Shown here piece after piece: positions 8,795 through 16,037 of a stretch of 64,000 bases of DNA (position 1 is its first letter; each line of letters begins with the position of its first letter). The notes below the pieces were generated by a model. The model searched no databases, had not been told where the DNA came from, and saw nothing but the letters and a program-made list of their open reading frames with translations. Source of the DNA: Parcubacteria group bacterium. Lineage in GTDB: Bacteria > Patescibacteriota > Minisyncoccia > JACPHC01. Where the stretch lies: positions 12,704-76,703 of the forward strand of contig JACPHC010000004.1 of NCBI GenBank assembly GCA_016188775.1, read 5' to 3'. Position numbers and translations under genes: made by a program.

Positions 8795-9355
8795 TTATTG
8801 AAGATGAAATCTATTTTTTAAATCCAAATCGATGTCTGTTTCTTTAACAATTAAAAATCTTGCATAAGCTCTCAAATTAAAAAATTCAATCACGAAATCA
8901 ATTTCATTTTTGCATTCATAAGGATAAATAAAAACGCTTTTTTGCAAAGGATAAAAACCTAATTGTTTTAATTGAAAAGTTAAAGCATTTCTTTCGCGTC
9001 TTAAACGTTCGGGAATATCAAAAATTACCACTCTCCATAATTTATCCCAATGGGGTGGTTTTTTAATTCGCATTGTTTTTAAATTATATCGCAAAAATTC
9101 TTTTTTGCCTTCTCTGTTTAAAACTAAACTAACTGTTCCGTCTTTATTTTCTTGATAATTAATTAATTTTGACCGATAAAGACGATGAATAGATTCTCTC
9201 AGACTACGATAATTAATTTTCTGCCATTCTTTGATAGCGGATTTTAAAATTCGAAAATAAGAATCTGGTCTGCGCGTTAAAGATAAAGCAACTCCCGTGC
9301 CTAACAAAATAATAATTTTTCTAGCCACCGGTCCCAATCTTTTTTTATTTGACAT
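8795..9355 (-). CDS. winged-helix plus Cas2-fold domain protein (PaaX-like putative regulator)
   Basis: The C-terminal segment VVIFDIPERLRRERNALTFQLKQLGFYPLQKSVFIYP resembles the Cas2/PaaX-C core. There is no cas1 and no repeat array nearby. Confidence 0.5.
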   Translation of the reverse strand: MSNKKRLGPVARKIIILLGTGVALSLTRRPDSYFRILKSAIKEWQKINYRSLRESIHRLYRSKLINYQENKDGTVSLVLNREGKKEFLRYNLKTMRIKKPPHWDKLWRVVIFDIPERLRRERNALTFQLKQLGFYPLQKSVFIYPYECKNEIDFVIEFFNLRAYARFLIVKETDIDLDLKNRFHLQ

Positions 9356-9407
9356 AAGTATTTAAATTTTTATTTAGATTTAATTTAAAATAAATAAAAT
9401 GCTTTGT

Positions 9408-9521
9408 TATTTCAATGATATTTCAATATTTTTAAAATTTTTAAATTTACATGTTTATTTACGATCGTCCGTAAATATGTAAATTTTAAAAATAATATTG
9501 AATATTGAAATGGAATGGAAA
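9408..9521. repeat. long imperfect inverted repeat (~55-bp arms) centred on ACGATCGTCCGTAAATATGTAAATTT
   Basis: Left arm tttcaatgatatttcaatattttt...acgatcg pairs with right arm cgatcg...aataatattgaatattgaaatgg. Confidence 0.6.
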
Positions 9522-9560
9522 ATGAAAAATGGAAAATGAAAAATGAAGAAATAATATAAA

Positions 9561-10049
9561 TCAATCTGAAATTCGACCGCTGGTAGTGACGGTGATCAAT
9601 TTGGAAAAAGTCGGCGAGCTTTTGATGTTGATTTCCAAAGAATGGCTGACGGAGCCGGAAGGAACGCCGGTTAATCTTTCAAAAGTGATGTCCAAAGGCG
9701 AACCCAGTCCCCCGCCATCGAAAGTTTTATATTCAACGCGATTGGATAAAAATAAGGTTTCTTTAACCGCGCCGGAAGCGAAAGTCGTCAGCGTGGAAAA
9801 TAAGCGGTAGCCGGCTAAAGAATTATCAAATCTTACTCCCCAGCGAGACCCGTCTTCGCCGGATAAGGCTCGAGCCTGAGCTTCTCTTAATTTTCCGACA
9901 ATTTCACGCGAGGCGATGTCCAAAATCGCGCCTCGCTGGAAAGACTGGTAAGCCGCGGTTAAAGCGACGGATAAAATGGCAATAATGCCCATAACGAGAA
10001 TGAGTTCCAAAAGAGTGAAACCGGTCAATTTTTTTTTCTTAAATGGCAT
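9561..10049 (-). CDS. type IV pilin-like protein (prepilin-type N-terminus)
   Basis: N-terminus MPFKKKKLTG|FTLLELILVMGIIAIL is a canonical class III signal with Glu at +5. Confidence 0.75.
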   Translation of the reverse strand: MPFKKKKLTGFTLLELILVMGIIAILSVALTAAYQSFQRGAILDIASREIVGKLREAQARALSGEDGSRWGVRFDNSLAGYRLFSTLTTFASGAVKETLFLSNRVEYKTFDGGGLGSPLDITFERLTGVPSGSVSHSLEINIKSSPTFSKLITVTTSGRISD

Positions 10050-10066
10050 AAAATTATATAAACTCG

Positions 10067-10210
10067 GAAATACTGATTTTCAAAACATATTCGCTCGCTT
10101 CCAGCGGCTCGCTCATTCTATGTCCTCGGCGAAAAATTTTTTTGCTTGAATAATATAGCAAAAAATACCAAGCTTTTTCGCCTGCGGATGGTTTTGAAAA
10201 TCAGTATTTC
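10067..10210. repeat. 20-bp inverted repeat pair (GGAAATACTGATTTTCAAAAC / GTTTTGAAAATCAGTATTTC) flanking a ~104-bp spacer in the pilin-pilC intergenic region
   Basis: Arms read at 10067-10086 and 10191-10210. Confidence 0.6.
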
Positions 10211-10231
10211 TTCGCTTACTATTTGTTATAA

Positions 10232-11446
10232 TTATCTAAACGATCCGACTAATTGATAAATCGGAACGATAATGGAAACGGCGATGCCGCCGATGATAAG
10301 ACCAATAACCAGAAGCAAAACCGGCTCAATCAGAGAAACTAAATTTTTGAGAGAATTATCAACTTCTTCTTCGTAAAATTCCGATAAGCTGACCAGTATT
10401 TCTTCAAGATTGCCGGACCGCTCTCCCACGCCGATCATATTGGTGACCAAATGCGGAAAAAGTTTCGGTTCTCTTTTCAACATCGCGGCCAGAGTGATGC
10501 CTCGAGCCACGCCGGATTCGGCTGACTTAAGATAGGCTGATTTATAGAGATCATTGCCGATGGTATCGGCCGTGATCCGCAAAGAATCCAAAAACGGCAC
10601 CGCGCTTTTTAAAAGCGTGGCCAGAACCCGGGTGGAACGAGCCAGGGACACTTTTTTTATCAAATCGCTCGCAACCGGCAAATGAAAAAAGATTTTTTCG
10701 TACAAAAATTTTTTCCCGGCCGAGGAACGCCAAACCAGAACAGCGGAAAAAATTAAACCAATAACAAAAATCGCTATATATAAAGGATAAGCGGTGATAA
10801 AATCGCTGATGTTTACCAAGACTTGAGTAATGGCCGGAAGTTTGACCCCGGTTTCTTTAAAAGTTTTCGTCAGACGCGGCAAAACAACCGTAAACATCAA
10901 AGTTAAAACTCCAAAAGCCATAATGATAAGAATGGAGGGATAAATCATCGCCGATTTGACCCGGCGTTTCAGGGAGTATTCGGATTTCATTTGAGAAGAA
11001 AGTTCGGCAAAAACCTGCTCTAAATTTCCGGAAGCCTCGCCGGCTTTAACGAGACTGACAAATAAAAGAGGAAAATCTTTCGGAAATTTTTCAAAAGCCG
11101 CTGACAAAGGCTGGCCGCGCTGGAGCTCATACCGAATCTGGGAGAAAATTTTGGCCAGTATCGGTTTTTCCGCGTCCGCGATCAAAATATCAATCGCTTC
11201 GATAATCGGAATGCCGGCGCGAAGCATCGTGGCCAGATGTCTGGTAAAAACGATTTTATCGTCAATGGAAAGCCGGCCAAAAATAAAACCGGCAAAAGGA
11301 ATTTTTGCCTCGTTTTTTGGCGCCACTCGAATCGCTTGCCAGCCTTGACGTTTAATGAAATCCAGAACCGCCTCTTCGCTCGCGGCTTCAATTTCTCCTT
11401 CTTGTAAAATTCCTTGGGAATCGGACGCGGTATAATTATAAATCAT
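10232..11446 (-). CDS. pilC: type IV pilus / type II secretion platform protein (GspF/PilC family)
   Basis: 404 aa with three TM regions and two GspF-like repeats (e.g. LATMLRAGIPIIEAI, LSLIEPVLLLVIGLIIGGIAV). Confidence 0.88.
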   Translation of the reverse strand: MIYNYTASDSQGILQEGEIEAASEEAVLDFIKRQGWQAIRVAPKNEAKIPFAGFIFGRLSIDDKIVFTRHLATMLRAGIPIIEAIDILIADAEKPILAKIFSQIRYELQRGQPLSAAFEKFPKDFPLLFVSLVKAGEASGNLEQVFAELSSQMKSEYSLKRRVKSAMIYPSILIIMAFGVLTLMFTVVLPRLTKTFKETGVKLPAITQVLVNISDFITAYPLYIAIFVIGLIFSAVLVWRSSAGKKFLYEKIFFHLPVASDLIKKVSLARSTRVLATLLKSAVPFLDSLRITADTIGNDLYKSAYLKSAESGVARGITLAAMLKREPKLFPHLVTNMIGVGERSGNLEEILVSLSEFYEEEVDNSLKNLVSLIEPVLLLVIGLIIGGIAVSIIVPIYQLVGSFR

Positions 11447-11452
11447 AAAACA

Positions 11453-13162
11453 TTATTCTCTAATGACGCGTAAAATTTCTTCAATGGTCGTAATGCCGGC
11501 CTCGACTTTAGCCAGTCCGTCTTCAAACATTGTCATCATCCCCTCTTTCCTCGCTTGTTTTCTTAAATCTTCAATAGTCCATTCGCTGTTGATGATTTCG
11601 CGCATGGCCGGAGTAACGGTTAACACTTCAAAAATAGCGACTTGCCCTTGATAGCCGACGGAACATTCGGGACAAGTGCCGGATTTATAAAGCAACTCCG
11701 GAATCGCGTAAGTAATTTTTTCTTTGGGATACAAAATGGCAAACTGGTCTTGAATCGCTTTTTTTATCTCGGGCGAGACGGGATAAGATTCAATGCAAGA
11801 TTGGCAAATTTTCCGCACTAAACGTTGGGCGATAATTAAATTAAGCGTCGTTGACATTAAAAATTTCGGCACGCCGATATCGGTCAGACGCGGAATGGAG
11901 GTAATGGCGTCATTGGTGTGCAAAGAAGAAAGAAGAAGATGACCGGTCAGGGCCGCGTTAACGGCGATCTCGGCGGTTTCCAAATCGCGAATTTCACCGA
12001 CCATCAGAATATCCGGGTTTTGCCTGAGAAGCGAACGCAGACCGGTGGCGAAAGTAATGCCGGCTTTAACGTTCACTTGCGTCTGGTTGAGCCGGGGAAC
12101 GTCGTATTCAATCGGGTCTTCAACGGTGGAAATATTAACTCCGGGTTTATTTAAAAGATGCAAAATGGCGTAAAGCGTGGTTGTCTTGCCGGAGCCGGTC
12201 GGACCGGTGGAAAGAATCATTCCGTGCGATTTAGTGATGGCGTCTTTAACAATCGCTAAATTCTTACCCACCATCCCCAACTCTTCCAAGTTAAGAGGCC
12301 GGGCCGCTCCTCTCAATAATCTCAAGACCGATTTTTCGCCGTGAAAAGTCGGCATTACCGAAACCCGAACGTCAACGGCTTCATCCTCAAATTTAAACTT
12401 GAAACGGCCGTCTTGAGGTTTAAAATGTTCGTCAATGGCGAGATTGGACAGAATTTTAATCCGGGCGGTTAAAGCCGGATGAAGTTCTTTGGGCAATTCG
12501 GTGATATCTTTTAAAATACCGTCAATCCGATAACGAACAATTAGTTTTTCGGCCGTGCGTTCAAAATGAATATCCGAAGCCCGGCTCAAAACCGCGAATT
12601 CAATAATGGAATCAATGATGGTGACAATGGGAATGTTTTCCGCCAAACGTTCCAGTGTCGCCGTTTCCGGAGAAGCGATTAAAGCTTTTTTAATATTTTC
12701 TTCAATAATTATTTCAAATTGCTTGGAAATATCGCCTTTATAAAAACGAAGAGCGTGAATAATATCCGCGGCCGTGGCCAAATAAACTTCAATTTCAGAG
12801 CCGGTTTTAAAACGGAGATATTCAATGAGTTTGATATCGCCCGGATCCTGCATCGCCACTTTCAGTTTAGATTCCGATTGGTCAAAAACGGCGATGCCGC
12901 GAGTTTTGGCGAAATCTTCCGGAATCATCCGAAGAACTTCCATATTGATTGTTCTTCGGGTCAGTCCGGCCATTGGAACACCGTAAAATGTCGAAAGCAA
13001 TTCAAAAAAATAAGACTCGGGAACGTCGCCACGCCCGATGAGAACATTTTCGATTTTTTGACCCGCCCGATGAGCTTCGGTTTTGGCCGACTCAAACTCT
13101 TTGACGGACACCAAACCGCTTTCCACGATCATTTTCCTTAATTTTCGCTCTGGGATAGGCAA
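11453..13162 (-). CDS. pilB: type IV pilus assembly ATPase (GspE/PilB family)
   Basis: Walker A GPTGSGKTT, Walker B/Asp box ILMVGEIRD, and a C-terminal tetra-Cys motif CQSC...CPEC. Confidence 0.92.
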   Translation of the reverse strand: MPIPERKLRKMIVESGLVSVKEFESAKTEAHRAGQKIENVLIGRGDVPESYFFELLSTFYGVPMAGLTRRTINMEVLRMIPEDFAKTRGIAVFDQSESKLKVAMQDPGDIKLIEYLRFKTGSEIEVYLATAADIIHALRFYKGDISKQFEIIIEENIKKALIASPETATLERLAENIPIVTIIDSIIEFAVLSRASDIHFERTAEKLIVRYRIDGILKDITELPKELHPALTARIKILSNLAIDEHFKPQDGRFKFKFEDEAVDVRVSVMPTFHGEKSVLRLLRGAARPLNLEELGMVGKNLAIVKDAITKSHGMILSTGPTGSGKTTTLYAILHLLNKPGVNISTVEDPIEYDVPRLNQTQVNVKAGITFATGLRSLLRQNPDILMVGEIRDLETAEIAVNAALTGHLLLSSLHTNDAITSIPRLTDIGVPKFLMSTTLNLIIAQRLVRKICQSCIESYPVSPEIKKAIQDQFAILYPKEKITYAIPELLYKSGTCPECSVGYQGQVAIFEVLTVTPAMREIINSEWTIEDLRKQARKEGMMTMFEDGLAKVEAGITTIEEILRVIRE

Positions 13163-13165
13163 AAT

Positions 13166-13825
13166 TTAAACGATTAAATTTATAAACTGAGTATGCCTTA
13201 TTATTATATCACCGAATAAAACTACAATCAAAGCCGCGACCAGCCAAAACGGAGTCAAAATTAATTCGCCCTGATTCTCGGGTTTAAATATCTTTAGAGC
13301 CAACAGCCAAAAAACCGCCAAAACAGGAACTAAAAAAATATAAATCATAAAACCGGGCCAACCGCCGACCAGTCCCCCGATCGCGGCAAAATAAACATCT
13401 CTTAATTCAAAACGGTTAAAATATTTGTAAAAAATAAAAATCAAAGAACTTAAAATTAAAGAAGCGATAGCGGCAAAAAAAGGCGCTTTGATAAAATGCT
13501 GCCAGGAGTATCGCAAAAAATAGCCGGAGAACGGCGTTTCCAGGCCGAAAATTTTAAGGCCCGGGGTATGAGGCGGAAAAACATAAATCATCACCGGGCT
13601 GGTTTTCCAAACGGCGTATTGCGCGAAAGTAAAAATCAAAGGCTGGGCTAAAAAAATAATTAAAATAAGCCCGAGGGCGAAAAATACGTATTTAGGGTTT
13701 AAAATTTTATATTTTAAATCGGGCCATCGGAAACGAAAAAAAGATATCGCTAAAATAAAAAATAATAAAAAACCGTAAAGAATGGATGGACCGTGAAAAT
13801 TAAAAAAAAGATTTATGAATTTCAT
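13166..13825 (-). CDS. polytopic membrane protein, possible divergent prepilin peptidase (A24-like)
   Basis: Multi-TM 219-aa protein directly upstream of pilB in the same operon. Has Asp-containing loops (RWPDLK, FGDIII) but no canonical GDVK motif. Confidence 0.35.
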   Translation of the reverse strand: MKFINLFFNFHGPSILYGFLLFFILAISFFRFRWPDLKYKILNPKYVFFALGLILIIFLAQPLIFTFAQYAVWKTSPVMIYVFPPHTPGLKIFGLETPFSGYFLRYSWQHFIKAPFFAAIASLILSSLIFIFYKYFNRFELRDVYFAAIGGLVGGWPGFMIYIFLVPVLAVFWLLALKIFKPENQGELILTPFWLVAALIVVLFGDIIIRHTQFINLIV

Positions 13826-13859
13826 AATAGTTCATATTTTTTAAATGCTGGTTGTATGC

Positions 13860-14123
13860 TTAACGATAAATATTTTTTCTGTGGCCAACATCAATAAGAA
13901 GAATTTCATAGGGAGATAAAAATTTAAAAAGGACTCGGAAATCTCTTGTGATACGAAATGAATAAATTCCGGCAAGCTCTCCGGATAAAGATTTAGTATG
14001 TAATTGAGAATAATAAGGATTTTCTTTTAATAAAACGACAAGTCGCGCAATTTTAGCTTGTTGTTTTTCACTAAGTTTTTGAACACGTTTAAGGAAATTA
14101 TCAGTATAATAAACTCTTACCAT
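13860..14123 (-). CDS. RelE/ParE family type II toxin
   Basis: SGELAGIYSFRITRDFRVLFKF...ILLIDVGHRKNIY matches the RelE/ParE C-terminal core. Confidence 0.75.
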   Translation of the reverse strand: MVRVYYTDNFLKRVQKLSEKQQAKIARLVVLLKENPYYSQLHTKSLSGELAGIYSFRITRDFRVLFKFLSPYEILLIDVGHRKNIYR

Positions 14124-14129
14124 TAGAGA

Positions 14130-14351
14130 CTAAGAATTACTTTTCTTTTCTCTTACATGCCGTAAAAAAGATTCAATGTTTTTAAATTCATAATTGGGTT
14201 TTTCTTTAGCTGCTTTTAAAATTCTTTGCGCAAAATCGGGATTATATTCTCCTTCAGAGTCTTGTCCTGCCTGACCAATCACAAAAGAACGTAAAAGATC
14301 TAACTCGCTTTCTAATTTTCTTGTTTTTTTATCTAACGTTTTTGTAGTCAT
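14130..14351 (-). CDS. putative antitoxin partner of the RelE/ParE toxin
   Basis: 73-aa ORF immediately upstream and co-oriented with a 6-bp gap. No recognisable RelB/Phd motif. Confidence 0.4.
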   Translation of the reverse strand: MTTKTLDKKTRKLESELDLLRSFVIGQAGQDSEGEYNPDFAQRILKAAKEKPNYEFKNIESFLRHVREKKSNS

Positions 14352-14411
14352 ATTATCAGTATAGCAAATATAAAAATTTTAACAATATCTCGGCCAGAAA
14401 GAATCCTTAAT

Positions 14412-14636
14412 TTAGGCATAAATCGGCTCAAGCTCTAAATTAAGCAAAATAGATGAATTTTTTGATAAATCTAATTTTGAAAAATCTTCTGATTCTAGAT
14501 GAAGAGATAGCGCTTCTTTAATATTTGAAACTACTTCATCAATAGTTCTGCCTCGGGTAATAATAGGCAGATCAATGCTTTCTCCAATATAATATTTTTC
14601 GCCTTTATAAATTTTAAATTGAATTATATGTTTCAT
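14412..14636 (-). CDS. HicB-like antitoxin domain protein (UPF0150 family)
   Basis: IYKGEKYYIGESIDLPIITRGRTIDEVVSNIKEALSLHLE resembles the HicB N-terminal core. No hicA partner found. Confidence 0.5.
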   Translation of the reverse strand: MKHIIQFKIYKGEKYYIGESIDLPIITRGRTIDEVVSNIKEALSLHLESEDFSKLDLSKNSSILLNLELEPIYA

Positions 14637-14679
14637 TATTTTAATTATAGTCTCAAAAAAAAGAAGTCAATGAATAAAT

Positions 14680-14758
14680 TGTCATTGCGAGGCGATGAAA
14701 TCGCCGAAGCAATCTCTCTCTTGGATTTTGAGATTGCTTCGTTTCGCTCGCAATGACA
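14680..14758. repeat. MITE-like foldback repeat, copy 2 (inverted relative to copy 1)
   Basis: TGTCATTGCGAGGCGATGAAATCGCCGAAGCAATCTC...GAGATTGCTTCG...CTCGCAATGACA. Confidence 0.8.
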
Positions 14759-14845
14759 AAATATAAAAATTGGAGTTGAAGTGAACAAAACAAAACCGCC
14801 ACCCGTAGGGTGGCGGTTTTTAAAAATCATTGGGAATTATAGGAA

Positions 14846-15547
14846 TTAATAGCCATTACTCGTCACAATTAATAATTCAGTGCCTTTTTCAAAAATCAAA
14901 TCATTATTTCCGCCGTCATTCTTTTCTTTATCATCCGCGCCACCGTTGGAAAAAGCCGAGCTTTCAAGATTGGCTCCCAATTCAAATGTTGTATCAACAG
15001 CGTCGCAAACATAAGAGTAAAAATGATTATTAGTCGGACCTTCGCCAAGACTATTGATAACAGGAGCAGGATCGCGCGGAAGATTTGAAATTGGCGAACC
15101 GCCTGTAATGTCGCTAAACCTTACTGGCAACCAGCCCGTACCATCAACTACGCTGCTTGCGGAGCCGCTAGTCGCCCAAGCCGTAGTTTCATAAGTTTTC
15201 CCGCCTCCGGTTTGCGCTCCTGTTCCGTAAGATCTAGTGCCGGCGGCGATTCCTGTTTGATCGTAAAAAACAGTTGGATCTGGCGTAGCAGCAGACGAAT
15301 TAACACATCGATTATTATCAATAGTGTCAGTGGAAAGATCCGGCGCGCTAACCGTTGTCAAATAAAGACCTAAAGCGGTCTTTAAAACATCAAGGTCGGA
15401 AATTCTCTGAACGTCCCGGGCTTTTTTCAATGTTTCCGCCGGGTTCAAAACCAAAACCACCACCACGGACAAAATCGCCAAAATAGCGATAACGATCAAA
15501 AGTTCAAGCAGAGTAAAACCTTTTTTGCTAAACATTTTATTAGTCAT
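14846..15547 (-). CDS. type IV pilin-like protein (prepilin-type N-terminus)
   Basis: MTNKMFSKKG|FTLLELLIVIAILAILSVVVV. Confidence 0.75.
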   Translation of the reverse strand: MTNKMFSKKGFTLLELLIVIAILAILSVVVVLVLNPAETLKKARDVQRISDLDVLKTALGLYLTTVSAPDLSTDTIDNNRCVNSSAATPDPTVFYDQTGIAAGTRSYGTGAQTGGGKTYETTAWATSGSASSVVDGTGWLPVRFSDITGGSPISNLPRDPAPVINSLGEGPTNNHFYSYVCDAVDTTFELGANLESSAFSNGGADDKEKNDGGNNDLIFEKGTELLIVTSNGY

Positions 15548-15710
15548 TTCTTAATTTTATTTCGACCTTTTCCTTTATTTCCTTTATTTTATCAAATTTT
15601 AAGCGAATAAAAAACTGTAAGCCAAAAAACCGAGCGAGCCGAGCAAAATCAGAGAAAAAATAATTATTAATACTATAATAACATTCCTGGGCATATTGTC
15701 TATAATTTAT

Positions 15711-15721
15711 TGTGGATAACT
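15711..15721. promoter_or_regulatory. TGTGGATAACT 11-mer (DnaA-box-like)
   Basis: Exact copy of the 8666-8676 and 15868-15878 11-mers. Confidence 0.4.
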
Positions 15722-15746
15722 TATGAAATATATTTTCTAGTTTAAT

Positions 15747-15768
15747 AAGTATCCTAAAAATTTTTAGG
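15747..15768 (-). promoter_or_regulatory. pilus-associated promoter-like motif (rc CCTAAAAATTTTTAGGATACTT) oriented toward the pilin gene 14846-15547
   Basis: Contains the 16-bp palindrome CCTAAAAATTTTTAGG plus a -10-like GATACT. Confidence 0.4.
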
Positions 15769-15810
15769 TACCCTCGGCGGATTATATAATTTCATTAAAG
15801 TGCCTCGACC

Positions 15811-15832
15811 TCAAAAATTTTTTAGAATACTT
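15811..15832 (+). promoter_or_regulatory. pilus-associated promoter-like motif (TCAAAAATTTTTTAGAATACTT) oriented toward 16038
   Basis: Same motif family, with -10-like TAGAAT. Confidence 0.4.
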
Positions 15833-15867
15833 ATTTAGCATTATACCACAAATTATAATCGTCAAGC

Positions 15868-15878
15868 TGTGGATAACT
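15868..15878. promoter_or_regulatory. TGTGGATAACT 11-mer (DnaA-box-like)
   Basis: Exact copy. Followed by the CCCGCC...GGCGGG hairpin at 15882-15913. Confidence 0.4.
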
Positions 15879-15881
15879 TTG

Positions 15882-15913
15882 CCCGCCAAAATTTTAGTTA
15901 AAATTTAGGCGGG
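15882..15913. promoter_or_regulatory. palindromic hairpin/operator-like site CCCGCCAAAATTTT-AGTT-AAAATTTAGGCGGG
   Basis: One mismatch versus 6808-6841. The half-site AAAATTTAGGCGGG repeats at 16021-16034, abutting the ATG. Confidence 0.4.
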
Positions 15914-16037
15914 TAAAAAAATAATAAATCGCATACCGGTTGCGCAAATAATCTTAAACGCGTATAATACCGCATAATCAAGAAGTGATTCCTTCTTATT
16001 TAAACAGTCGAAAAATAATTAAAATTTAGGCGGGTAA

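Noticed and set aside
8795-9355. Cas2-like protein as evidence of a CRISPR-Cas locus
   Set aside because: No cas1, no other cas genes and no direct-repeat/spacer array anywhere in the window. It is treated as a stand-alone Cas2-fold/PaaX-like protein.
14645-14830. 61-aa ORF (and the related 69-aa ORF at 37952-38161) sharing the peptide EIASAI(S)SPRND
   Set aside because: Both are translations of the MITE-like repeat copies. Similarity comes from the nucleotide repeat, not from a gene family.
15548-16037. Chromosomal replication origin based on DnaA-box-like 9-mers
   Set aside because: Only two boxes, no dnaA/dnaN/gyrB neighbourhood, and the region is a divergent promoter for pilin and membrane genes. 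It is reported as a regulatory motif instead.
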